Shown in pieces: positions 28,414 to 37,669 of a stretch of DNA of 40,672 bases (its first letter is position 1; the number at the start of each line of letters is the position of its first letter). The translations under genes were made by a program, and so were the position numbers. The stretch is from Roseinatronobacter sp. (GTDB taxonomy: Bacteria; Pseudomonadota; Alphaproteobacteria; Rhodobacterales; Rhodobacteraceae). The stretch lies in assembly GCA_022565265.1 (NCBI GenBank), contig JAIUNA010000001.1, forward strand, positions 1-40,672, written 5' to 3'. The notes below the pieces were generated by a model. That model ran no database searches and had not been told where the DNA came from. It worked only from the letters and a program-made list of their open reading frames with translations.

Positions 28414-29810
28414 CCCCAAATCTCGCCGCTGCCAAAGCTGCCCTTGCGCATCTGGAGCTGGATGAAAACCCGGTTTCTATCCGTGCCAAATCGCGTGATT
28501 TCTTCTGGTACTCGCCGGTTTTGAAACCGCGCATGGATCATCTGGAAGGGGATTTTGTGGTGGCCCCCCGCACCGAGGCAGAGGTGATCGAGGTGCTGAA
28601 AACCTGCTACGCGCATAATGTGCCGGTTACCACACGCGGCGCGGGTACAGGCAATTATGGCCAAGCCATGCCCATGGCGGGTGGGTGCATCCTGCATATG
28701 AAGAATATGGCGGCGGTTAAAGAAGTGCATCCGGGCCGCGTGATCGTGGAACCGGGCTGCCTGCTGAAAGATGTGGATGCCGCCTGCAAGGCCCATTCGG
28801 GGCAAGAATTGAGCATGTTCTACAGAACTTGGGCCAAGGACACGATTGGCGGATTTGTCGCGGGCGGTTCTGGTGGGGTTGGGTCTTGCACCTGGGGCAG
28901 TTTGCGCGATTTGGGCAATATCATCCGCCTGCGCGTTGTCACCATGGAAGAAACCCCCCGCGTTCTGGAATTTCGCGGTGAGGAATTGGCGCGCGTCAGC
29001 CATGCTTACGGCACAAATGGCATTATCACCGAATTGGAAATGCCGCTTGCCCCTGCCTATGACTGGGTTGGCCTGTTCGTGGGTTTTGACGATTTCGATG
29101 CAGCCCTTGCCTATACCGAAGAACTGGCCAATCAGGACGGTATCCTGATCAAAATCGCCTCTGTCTATGAGGCCCCCACAGCGCATAGCTATTTCCAGCG
29201 TATTGCGCCCTATGTATCCGAGGGCACGCATCTGGTCGGGCTTATGGTGGCGCCGCAATCGATGGATGGGTTCAACACCTTTACCGCGCGCCGCCCCTTT
29301 GCGAAGGTCATCTACCACTCTGGCGAAAGCGATTGGGCGCGCGATCCGGGGCCAGTGTTCGAATATGGCTGGAACCACACCACTTTGCGCGCGCTTAAGG
29401 TTGATCCCGCCATCACCTATCTGCAAGTGCGCTATGGCTACCCCACCCATACCGAGAAAGTGCGCGCCATGCGCGCCGCGCTGTCGCCGGAAGTATTGCA
29501 GCATCTGGAAGTGATCCGCGAGCAAGGCAAGGTCATGTTCGCGGGCCTGAGCCTTGTGAAATTCACCACCGAAGAGCGGTTGGACGAGATTGTGCGCCTG
29601 CATGAGGAAGCCGGGTGCATGATCTTCAACCCCCATCGTTTCACGCTGGAAGAAGGCGGGCGGCAGACTGTGGATGACCGCCAGCTGAATTTCAAGCGCG
29701 AGGCAGACCCGAAGGGCCTGCTGAACCCCGGCAAGATGATCGCTTGGGATGATCCGAACTGGACGTTTGACCGCATCTACAGCTATCCGGGCATGAAGGC
29801 TGCCGAATGA
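28410..29810 (+). CDS. FAD-binding oxidoreductase (VAO/PCMH fold)
   Basis: RGAGTGNYG, TIGGFVAGG, HAYGTNGIIT, DPKGLLNPGK. Confidence 0.92.
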   Translation: MTPNLAAAKAALAHLELDENPVSIRAKSRDFFWYSPVLKPRMDHLEGDFVVAPRTEAEVIEVLKTCYAHNVPVTTRGAGTGNYGQAMPMAGGCILHMKNMAAVKEVHPGRVIVEPGCLLKDVDAACKAHSGQELSMFYRTWAKDTIGGFVAGGSGGVGSCTWGSLRDLGNIIRLRVVTMEETPRVLEFRGEELARVSHAYGTNGIITELEMPLAPAYDWVGLFVGFDDFDAALAYTEELANQDGILIKIASVYEAPTAHSYFQRIAPYVSEGTHLVGLMVAPQSMDGFNTFTARRPFAKVIYHSGESDWARDPGPVFEYGWNHTTLRALKVDPAITYLQVRYGYPTHTEKVRAMRAALSPEVLQHLEVIREQGKVMFAGLSLVKFTTEERLDEIVRLHEEAGCMIFNPHRFTLEEGGRQTVDDRQLNFKREADPKGLLNPGKMIAWDDPNWTFDRIYSYPGMKAAE

Positions 29811-30388
29811 CGCGCGCCCTTGTCCTCTTTGCCCATCCTTGCGCCGAAAGCTTTTCGGCGGCTTTGCATGAGAAAGTTGTCTCTACGCTCTCTCGGCGCG
29901 GATGGGAGGTGGATGATTGCGATCTGAATGCCGAAGGCTTTTCGCCCGTGCTGACAGAAGACGAACGGCGCGGCTATCACGCGGTTGGGCCTAATCTGGC
30001 CCCTGTACAACCCTATGTAGACAGGCTGCGCGCCGCACAAGCCTTGGTGCTGGTCTTTCCGGTGTGGAATTTCGGCTATCCCGCAATTCTGAAAGGGTTT
30101 TTCGACCGCGTGTTTCTGCCCGGCGTCTCTTTTCGGCTGGAGAATGGCAAAGTCCACCCCAATCTGACCCATATCCGCAAATTGGCGGCTGTCACCACCT
30201 ATGGCGGAACGCGCCTGCGCGCGGTTCTTGCAGGTGATCCCCCGCGCCATGTTGTCAAGCGCGCTGTCTGGCATGTGACACGCCCCGACAAATTGCGGTA
30301 TCTGGCCCTTTATGACATGAACCGCGCCACTCAGGCGCGGCGCGCGGCGTTTCTGGCGCATGTGGGCCAAGAGATGGAGCGGTTTTAA
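29807..30388 (+). CDS. NAD(P)H-dependent oxidoreductase, flavodoxin-like fold (MdaB/KefF-like)
   Basis: FAHP..ESF, FPVWNFGYPAILKGFFDRV. Confidence 0.92.
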   Translation: MTRALVLFAHPCAESFSAALHEKVVSTLSRRGWEVDDCDLNAEGFSPVLTEDERRGYHAVGPNLAPVQPYVDRLRAAQALVLVFPVWNFGYPAILKGFFDRVFLPGVSFRLENGKVHPNLTHIRKLAAVTTYGGTRLRAVLAGDPPRHVVKRAVWHVTRPDKLRYLALYDMNRATQARRAAFLAHVGQEMERF

Positions 30389-31014
30389 TGCGCGCCCTTG
30401 TCATCTATTGCCATCCCGACCCCGCCAGCTTTACCGCTGCCATCCGGGATGTGGTGCTGGACAAGTTGCGCAGCTCTGGCGCAGAAGTGCGGCTACATGA
30501 TCTTTATGCCCAAGACTTCCAGCCCTGCCTGACACAGGCCGAATGGCAAGCCTATCTTGACAGCCCCGCCAATCGCGCCCCTGTCGCCCATCCCGCCCAC
30601 GATCTGGACTGGTGCGATACTTTGATCTTTGTCTATCCAACATGGTGGTATGGCCTGCCCGCCATGCTGAAGGGTTGGCTTGATCGCGTGATGCTGCCTG
30701 ATCTGGCTTTTCTGATGCCTGATGGCGCACATAAAACCATCCGCCCCGGCCTGACGCGCATTACCCGCATGGGCGTTTTCACCACCTGCGGCGCAAGCCG
30801 CTGGCTGACATTTCTGGTGGGCGCACCGGGCAAGCGCACACTCTTGCGCGGGGTGCGGCTGTTATGCGCCAAATCCTGCCGCACATCCTTTGCGGCGCAT
30901 TACCTGATGGACAGCTCTACCCCCGCCAGCCGCAAGGCGCATCTTGCGCGCGTGGGCCGCGCCATGGATAAACTGATCGGCGCAGGCGCAAAACAGCAAG
31001 AGGCCGCAGCATGA
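30388..31014 (+). CDS. NAD(P)H-dependent oxidoreductase, flavodoxin-like fold (second paralog)
   Basis: YCHP..ASF, YPTWWYGLPAMLKGWLDRV. Confidence 0.92.
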   Translation: MRALVIYCHPDPASFTAAIRDVVLDKLRSSGAEVRLHDLYAQDFQPCLTQAEWQAYLDSPANRAPVAHPAHDLDWCDTLIFVYPTWWYGLPAMLKGWLDRVMLPDLAFLMPDGAHKTIRPGLTRITRMGVFTTCGASRWLTFLVGAPGKRTLLRGVRLLCAKSCRTSFAAHYLMDSSTPASRKAHLARVGRAMDKLIGAGAKQQEAAA

Positions 31015-31922
31015 CATTTCCGGTTCTGGATTGGGCCGAGTACCAGAGCAACCCCGTGGGCTTTGCCCGCCAGCTTGGCGCGGCGTGCCGGGAAACGGGG
31101 TTTTTCCTGCTCAAAGGCCACGGGCTGCGCGAGCGCCAGATTGCCGATGTGTTCACCGCCGCTGCCAATTTCTTTGCCCAAAGCGAAGATGCAAAGCGCC
31201 CCCTTTCCATTGCAACAAACCCCCATAACAGGGGCTGGGCCTATCTGGGATCGGAATCGCTGGATGAACATTCGGGCAAGACCGACCGCAAGGAAGCCTT
31301 CAATATAGGGCTGGATCTGGCCGCCGATGATCCGCGCGTTCTGGCCGCAGAGCCGTTTCGCGGCGTTAATCTCTGGCCCGATCTGCCGGGGTTTCGGGAA
31401 ACCATGCTGGAGTATTTCAGCCATGTCTGGGCGCTGGGGGTGGGGTTGTTGCAACCCGTCGCGCGTGATCTGGGTTTGCCGCCCAATCATTTCGCCCCGT
31501 TCTTTGATGCGCCCATGGCCACGCTGCGCCTGCTGTCTTACCCTGCCGCAAGCGGGGCCGTGGGGGAAATCGGCGCAGGCGCGCATACAGATTATGGCGC
31601 GCTGACACTCTTGCTCACTGATGGCGCGCCGGGGTTGCAACTGCGCCCACGCGGGGGCGACTGGCTGGATGTGCCGCATATGCCCGGCGCTTTTGTCGTC
31701 AATATTGGCGATTGCCTGATGCGCTGGACGAATGATCTTTATGTCTCAACCCCGCATAGGGTGCTGCCGCCCCCACGACCGCGCCAATCCGTGGCGTTTT
31801 TCCTTGATCCCAACCCAGATGCGCTGATCACCGCCCTGCCCGGCACTGGCCCGGCAAAATACCCCGGTGTTACGGGGGCCGAATATTTGCACGCGCGGCT
31901 GAGCGCGACCTACAAGACATGA
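31011..31922 (+). CDS. 2OG-Fe(II) oxygenase, isopenicillin N synthase family
   Basis: ACRETGFF, NRGW, DRKEAF, HTDYG (HxD), STPHRV, RQS. Confidence 0.93.
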   Translation: MTFPVLDWAEYQSNPVGFARQLGAACRETGFFLLKGHGLRERQIADVFTAAANFFAQSEDAKRPLSIATNPHNRGWAYLGSESLDEHSGKTDRKEAFNIGLDLAADDPRVLAAEPFRGVNLWPDLPGFRETMLEYFSHVWALGVGLLQPVARDLGLPPNHFAPFFDAPMATLRLLSYPAASGAVGEIGAGAHTDYGALTLLLTDGAPGLQLRPRGGDWLDVPHMPGAFVVNIGDCLMRWTNDLYVSTPHRVLPPPRPRQSVAFFLDPNPDALITALPGTGPAKYPGVTGAEYLHARLSATYKT

Positions 31923-31929
31923 GGATAAA

Positions 31930-32718
31930 ATGAGACGGCTGGATTGGGCAGAATACCGCACGACCGAATATGCGCAGATCGACCCGATGCGCACCATAGC
32001 CATTCTGCCCACCGCTGCCATAGAGCAGCATGGGCCGCATTTGCCTGTTGGGGTGGATACGATGATCGCCGAAGGCTTGCTGGCCCTCTTGCGCGAGCGC
32101 TGCCCGGAGGATCTGGATATCCGCATTCTGCCTGTACAGGCCATTGGCAAATCGAACGAGCATTTGCACGCCCCCGGCACATTGACGCTCAGCGCAGAAA
32201 ACGCGCTGCGTATCTGGGTGGAAATTGGCCTGTCTGTCGCGCGTGCCGGGGTGAAGAAGATTGTTATCGTCAACAGCCATGGCGGCAATCTTGATCTCAT
32301 CTCGATTCTCTCGCGGGAATTGCGGGTGCAGGCGGGCATGCTGGCGGTGAAATGCCAATGGGGCAGCTTTGGCCAGCCACAAGGCATGTATCCGCCCGAA
32401 GAACTGGCTTACGGGATTCATGGCGGCGATGTGGAAACCTCGCTCATGCTGGCGCTGCGCCCGGAATTGGTGGATATGGCCGCCGCCGCAGATTTCCGAT
32501 CTAGCGCCGAAACGGCCAGCATTTCCCCCATTGGCCCCATCTCCTATGGCTGGATCTCCAGCGATCTGAACGCCCATGGAACCGTGGGCAATGCCGCGCG
32601 TGCCACGGCTGAGAAAGGCCATGCCACAGCCGAACAGTATGTGGGCGGGCTGATTGCCTTGCTGCGCGATGTTGCCACCCACGCTATTCCCGGCGAAAGA
32701 AAGAACGGGCCAGCATAA
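31930..32718 (+). CDS. Creatininase family amidohydrolase
   Basis: EQHGPHLPVGVD, SNEH, NSHGGN, HGGDVETS. Confidence 0.93.
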   Translation: MRRLDWAEYRTTEYAQIDPMRTIAILPTAAIEQHGPHLPVGVDTMIAEGLLALLRERCPEDLDIRILPVQAIGKSNEHLHAPGTLTLSAENALRIWVEIGLSVARAGVKKIVIVNSHGGNLDLISILSRELRVQAGMLAVKCQWGSFGQPQGMYPPEELAYGIHGGDVETSLMLALRPELVDMAAAADFRSSAETASISPIGPISYGWISSDLNAHGTVGNAARATAEKGHATAEQYVGGLIALLRDVATHAIPGERKNGPA

Positions 32719-32797
32719 GGCCAAGCCCATGACAGTTTTCGCGCCTGTTGCACCGCTCCCCTGTCGGGACAAGCATAGTAATCCGGGGCGATGCAAA

Positions 32798-32826
32798 TAA
32801 AATATAGACTTTAAGTATATATTTTA
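32798..32826. promoter_or_regulatory. 29-bp AT-rich inverted repeat (candidate operator)
   Basis: TAAAATATAGACTT-T-AAGTATATATTTTA: 14-bp arms with one mismatch. Confidence 0.55.
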
Positions 32827-32945
32827 ACTGTATTTTTTGCAAAATATCAAATGCCGGAAACAGCAAATCCGCAAGATGGAACCCACCATGCGCGCTTGTG
32901 CCCCGCACCTTGCCAATTTCCTGTCTATGCGCTGTAGCCCCCACC

Positions 32946-32975
32946 TTGACATGGTAGCGGAAACGGCAGAACACT
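32946..32975 (+). promoter_or_regulatory. Putative sigma70 promoter of the peptide ABC operon
   Basis: TTGACA at 32946-32951, 18 nt, AACACT; GGGAG RBS before ATG 33041. Confidence 0.35.
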
Positions 32976-33040
32976 TGGTGCAGTTCTCCGCCTAGAGAGA
33001 CAACGCCGAAGCGGAGAAAAGACACAACAGGGAGACGGAC

Positions 33041-34639
33041 ATGTTTACCAAACCAATCCTGCGCACAGCCCGTCACGGGCTGATGATGGGGGTCGCTGCA
33101 ACGGCGCTTGTGCTTTCCGGTGCCGTAGCAGAGGCCGAGACAATTCGCTGGGCGCGCGTGGCCGATGCGCTGACGCTTGACCCGCACAGCCAGAACGAAG
33201 GCCCCACCCACACTTTGAACCACCACATTTACGAAACGCTGGTCGGGCGCGAAGTGGATGGCACATTGATTCCGCGCCTTGCAACCGAATGGGGTATCAG
33301 CGCGGAAGATGACACTGTCTGGGTGTTCCAAATCCGCGAAGGTGTAACCTTCCATGACGGCACGCCCATGACTGCCGAAGATGTCGTCTTCTCGCTGGAT
33401 CGCGCGCGCACCCCGCCGTCTGGCATGGCAGCACTGCATGCCGCCGTGCAAGAGGTAACGGCGGTGGATGATACGACAGTGCATGTGCGCATGTCCGGCC
33501 CTGCGCCGCTTTATGTGCAGAACCTGACCAACACATTCATCATGTCCAAGGCTTGGGCCGAAGCGAATGGCGTTGTCGCCGCCCCGAATTTTGCGGCAGG
33601 TGAAGAAGCCTATTCCGTGCGCAACACCAATGGCACAGGCCCCTATATGCTGGTCGAGCGTGACCCCGAAGTGCGCACCGTTCTGCGCGCCTTCGACGGG
33701 CATTGGGATGACACCCCCGCCGTGACCGAGATCATCTATACCCCGATCTCCGAAGCCGCGACCCGCGTGGCGGCCCTACTGTCGGGCGAAGTGGATATCG
33801 TGCAGGATGTGCCTGTGCAGGATATCGCGCGTCTGGAGCAGACAGACGGGATCAAGGTTGTACGCGGCCCGGAAAACCGCAACATCTTCTTCAGCTATGA
33901 CATGACATCTGAATCGCTGCGTTCGTCCAATGCCGAAGGCAACCCGTTTGCCAATCCGCTGGTGCGCGAAGCCATGGCGCTGGCAATTGACCGCAACGCC
34001 ATCCAGCAAGTTGTGATGCGCGGTGAATCGCAGCCCTCTGCCGCGCCCCTGCCGCCTTTCGTGAATGGCTGGACAGAAGAGATGGACGCTTTTGGCGCGC
34101 CTGATATGGCGCGCGCAGGCGCGTTGATGGCCGAGGCAAGCTTTCCGAATGGCTTCTCGGTGCAGCTGGATTGCCCCAATGACCGCTATCTGAACGATGA
34201 ATCCATCTGTCAGGCGCTTGTGGGCATGCTTGCGCGGATCAATATCGCCGTGGATCTGAACGCGCAGACACGTTCGCTACACTTCCCGCTGATCGAGAAT
34301 TGGGAAACCGATTTCTATCTGCTGGGCTGGGGCGGGCCAACATTTGACAGCCAGTATGTCTTTGATTTCCTCGTGCACACGCGCGAGGGCAGCTATGGCT
34401 CTTTCAACGGCTCGCGTTATTCCCACCCGGAACTGGATGCAAAGATCGAAGCCCTTGCCACGATGACAGATCTGGCCGCACGCGATGCCTTGATCGCCGA
34501 AATCTGGGCCGAAGTGATGGATGAGCGGATTTTCCTGAATGTGCATAATCAGGTTCTTGCCTATGCCATGCGCGACAATATCACGCTGGATGTACACCCG
34601 GAAAACCAGCCGCGGATGACAACTGTCACCTTTGACTAA
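33041..34639 (+). CDS. Peptide/nickel ABC transporter substrate-binding protein (family 5, DppA-like)
   Basis: TLDPH, IYETLV, GVTFHDG, NGTGPY, RVAALLSGEVD. Confidence 0.95.
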   Translation: MFTKPILRTARHGLMMGVAATALVLSGAVAEAETIRWARVADALTLDPHSQNEGPTHTLNHHIYETLVGREVDGTLIPRLATEWGISAEDDTVWVFQIREGVTFHDGTPMTAEDVVFSLDRARTPPSGMAALHAAVQEVTAVDDTTVHVRMSGPAPLYVQNLTNTFIMSKAWAEANGVVAAPNFAAGEEAYSVRNTNGTGPYMLVERDPEVRTVLRAFDGHWDDTPAVTEIIYTPISEAATRVAALLSGEVDIVQDVPVQDIARLEQTDGIKVVRGPENRNIFFSYDMTSESLRSSNAEGNPFANPLVREAMALAIDRNAIQQVVMRGESQPSAAPLPPFVNGWTEEMDAFGAPDMARAGALMAEASFPNGFSVQLDCPNDRYLNDESICQALVGMLARINIAVDLNAQTRSLHFPLIENWETDFYLLGWGGPTFDSQYVFDFLVHTREGSYGSFNGSRYSHPELDAKIEALATMTDLAARDALIAEIWAEVMDERIFLNVHNQVLAYAMRDNITLDVHPENQPRMTTVTFD

Positions 34640-34655
34640 GATGGCTTGATCTCTT

Positions 34656-34687
34656 TGTCCGCGCGGGATATCTCGCGCGGACATTTT
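34656..34687 (+). terminator. Hairpin after the binding-protein gene (terminator or mRNA stabiliser)
   Basis: TGTCCGCGCG-GGATATCT-CGCGCGGACA followed by TTTT. Confidence 0.7.
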
Positions 34688-34738
34688 CATTTAGGGCAGA
34701 GTAGCTGACCATTTCTGCCGCTGTCATGGGGTCTGGAT

Positions 34739-35725
34739 ATGATCGCCTTCATCCTGCGCCGCCTTGTGCAATCGGTCATGGTCATGCTGACTGTGGCGCT
34801 TGTGGCATTTGCGCTGTTTCGCTTTGTGGGTGATCCCATCGCCTCTATGGTCGGGCAAGAAACAACTCTGGCCGAGCGCGACGCCTTGCGCGATTTACTG
34901 GGGCTGAATGATCCTTTCCTTGTGCAATTCTGGAATTTTGTCGCCCGCGCGGCTGTGGGGGATTTCGGTATTTCTTATCGGTTGCAACAACCAGTGATGG
35001 AACTGATCCTCTCGCGCCTGCCTGCCACGCTGGAACTGGCGCTTGTCTCTGGCATTCTGGCCTTTGTCTTTGGGGTTGGGTTTGGTGTCTATACGGCATT
35101 GCGCCGGGGCAACTGGATTTCCGGCTCTATCATGACGCTATCGCTGATTGGCGTCTCCTTGCCCACATTCCTGATCGGGGTGCTGCTAATCTGGGTGTTT
35201 GCGGTGGAATTGCAGGTTCTGCCCTCTTTCGGACGCGGAGAGGTGGTGCAGGGGGGCAGTTGGTGGCGTACAGGGATGTTAACGGAATCTGGCCGCGCCT
35301 CGCTTATTCTGCCTGCAATCACGCTTGGCCTGTATCAGATGACGCTGATCATGCGCCTTGTGCGTGCGGAAATGCTGGAAGTGCTGCGCACCGATTACAT
35401 CAAATTCGCCCGCGCGCGCGGGCTGTCAAACCGCGCTGTGCATTTTGGCCATGCCCTGAAAAACACGCTTGTTCCGGTGATTACCATCACGGGCTTGCAA
35501 ATGGGCAGCATCATTGCCTTTTCCATCATCACGGAAACCGTGTTTCAATGGCCGGGCGTAGGGGCGCTGTTCATCAATTCTGTGCGCTTTGTCGATGTAC
35601 CGGTGATGGCGGCCTATCTGATGCTGATCGCGCTGGTGTTTGTGGTCATCAACCTGATCGTTGATCTTCTCTATTACGCGGTTGATCCCCGCCTGCGGAT
35701 CGACCGCGCGAATGCACGGCATTAA
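34739..35725 (+). CDS. Peptide ABC transporter permease (DppB-like)
   Basis: GDP, GDFGISY, RLPATLEL, YIKFARARG, HALKN, ETVFQWPG. Confidence 0.95.
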   Translation: MIAFILRRLVQSVMVMLTVALVAFALFRFVGDPIASMVGQETTLAERDALRDLLGLNDPFLVQFWNFVARAAVGDFGISYRLQQPVMELILSRLPATLELALVSGILAFVFGVGFGVYTALRRGNWISGSIMTLSLIGVSLPTFLIGVLLIWVFAVELQVLPSFGRGEVVQGGSWWRTGMLTESGRASLILPAITLGLYQMTLIMRLVRAEMLEVLRTDYIKFARARGLSNRAVHFGHALKNTLVPVITITGLQMGSIIAFSIITETVFQWPGVGALFINSVRFVDVPVMAAYLMLIALVFVVINLIVDLLYYAVDPRLRIDRANARH

Positions 35726-35738
35726 GGGGGAAATGCCC

Positions 35739-36680
35739 ATGAGCAATGTAACCGACAAACCCCAACCCACCGCCTTTGCCCGCGCATGGGATAGCGATAT
35801 TGCCTATTCCTTCCGCAAATCGCCCTTGGCGGTTGTGGCCGCGACGGTGTCCCTGCTGATCATTCTGGCCGCAGTATTCGCGCCATGGATTGCCCCGCAT
35901 GACCCGTTCAATCCGGCCACGCTAAACCTGATGGATGGCTTTACCCCCCCGATGGAGCCGAACCAGTTTACCGGCAATACCTATTGGCTGGGCACCGACA
36001 ATCAGGGGCGGGATGTGTTTTCCACCATCCTTTACGGCGCGCGGATTTCGTTGTTCGTGGGCTTTATGGCGGTGCTTCTGGCCATGGTTCTGGGCATAAC
36101 GCTGGGGCTGATTGCGGGCTATCGCGGCGGCTGGATTGATAGCCTCTTGATGCGGGTTGCCGATGTGCAGCTAACCTTCCCTTCCATCCTGCTGGCGCTG
36201 CTGATTTTCGGTGTGGCGCGCGGGTTCATCCCGCCTGCCTATCGCGATGCCATGGCCATCTGGGTGCTGATCGTCGCGATTGGCTTGTCGGATTGGGTGC
36301 AATATGCCCGCGTGGTGCGCGGCGCGACAATGGTGGAAAAGAACAAGGAATATGTGCAGGCTGCACGCGTGATCGGGGCGCACCCGGCCAAGATACTCTT
36401 GCGCCATATCCTGCCCAATGTGATGGGGCCTGTTCTGGTGATTGCCACAATCGGGCTTGCGCTTGCGATCATCGCAGAGGCGACGCTCTCGTTTCTGGGG
36501 GTTGGCGTGCCGCCCACGCAACCCTCTCTGGGAACGCTGATCCGGATTGGCCAGGGGTTCCTGTTTTCCGGGGAATGGTGGATATTGCTTTTCCCCTCAA
36601 TCACGCTTCTGGCGCTGGCGCTTTCGGTCAATCTGCTTGGTGACTGGCTGCGCGACGCCCTGAATCCGAGGTTGCGCTGA
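35739..36680 (+). CDS. Peptide ABC transporter permease (DppC-like)
   Basis: LGTDNQGRD, EYVQAARVIG, HILPN, LSFLGVG, GDWLRDALNP. Start placed after GGGGGA (35733 is an alternative). Confidence 0.93.
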   Translation: MSNVTDKPQPTAFARAWDSDIAYSFRKSPLAVVAATVSLLIILAAVFAPWIAPHDPFNPATLNLMDGFTPPMEPNQFTGNTYWLGTDNQGRDVFSTILYGARISLFVGFMAVLLAMVLGITLGLIAGYRGGWIDSLLMRVADVQLTFPSILLALLIFGVARGFIPPAYRDAMAIWVLIVAIGLSDWVQYARVVRGATMVEKNKEYVQAARVIGAHPAKILLRHILPNVMGPVLVIATIGLALAIIAEATLSFLGVGVPPTQPSLGTLIRIGQGFLFSGEWWILLFPSITLLALALSVNLLGDWLRDALNPRLR

Positions 36681-37669
36681 TGGCTGAACCGCTTCTTTCC
36701 GTTCGTGATCTGGTGGTGGAATTTCCCACACGGCGCGGCACGTTGCGCGCGCTGGACAAGGTGTCTTTTGACATTGCCGAGGGCGAGGTTCTGGGCATGG
36801 TGGGCGAATCCGGGGCGGGAAAATCGCTGACCGGTGCCGCCATTATCGGGCTTCTGGAGCCACCGGGCCGCGTGGCAGGCGGTGAAATCTGGCTGCGCGG
36901 CCAGCGCATTGACAATCTGCCGCGCGAAGCAATGCGCCGCATTCGCGGGCGGCGGATTGGCATGGTGTTTCAAGACCCGCTTACCAGCCTGAACCCGCTT
37001 TATACCGTCGCCCAGCAATTGATAGAGACCATCCGCACACATATGGATGTCTCGGACAAAGAGGCGCGCGCGCGCGCCGTGGCGCTGTTGGACAGGGTGG
37101 GCATACCTGCTGCCGCGCGGCGGATTGATGATTACCCGCATCATTTCTCTGGCGGTATGCGCCAGCGCGTGGTGATCGCTCTTGCCCTTGCCGCCGAGCC
37201 AGAGTTGGTGATAGCGGATGAGCCGACAACCGCGCTGGATGTTTCTGTTCAAGCGCAAATTATTGATGTTCTGAAAGAAATCTGCGCCGAGCGTGGCGCG
37301 TCTGTCATGCTGATCACGCATGACATGGGGGTAATTGCGGAAACGGCAGATCGGGTTGCAGTGCTCTATGCCGGGCGGCTGGCCGAAATTGGCCCCGTGC
37401 GCGATGTCATTCAGGCCGCCGAGCACCCTTACACAGTGGGATTGATGGGCTCTATCCCGACACTCACGCAAGCCGCCGAGCGTTTGACACAAATTCCCGG
37501 TGCAATGCCCCGGCTGAATGCCATCCCGCAGGGCTGCGCCTTTAATCCGCGTTGCACCCGCGTTATGGACAGATGTCGCCGTGATCGCCCAGAGCTGATT
37601 GCACGCAGCGGCGCACGGCACGTGGCCTGCTGGCTCTATGACAGCGCCAAGGAGACTGCCAATGTCTGA
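36680..37669 (+). CDS. Peptide ABC transporter ATP-binding protein (DppD-like)
   Basis: [37 protein letters not shown]. Confidence 0.95.
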   Translation: MAEPLLSVRDLVVEFPTRRGTLRALDKVSFDIAEGEVLGMVGESGAGKSLTGAAIIGLLEPPGRVAGGEIWLRGQRIDNLPREAMRRIRGRRIGMVFQDPLTSLNPLYTVAQQLIETIRTHMDVSDKEARARAVALLDRVGIPAAARRIDDYPHHFSGGMRQRVVIALALAAEPELVIADEPTTALDVSVQAQIIDVLKEICAERGASVMLITHDMGVIAETADRVAVLYAGRLAEIGPVRDVIQAAEHPYTVGLMGSIPTLTQAAERLTQIPGAMPRLNAIPQGCAFNPRCTRVMDRCRRDRPELIARSGARHVACWLYDSAKETANV

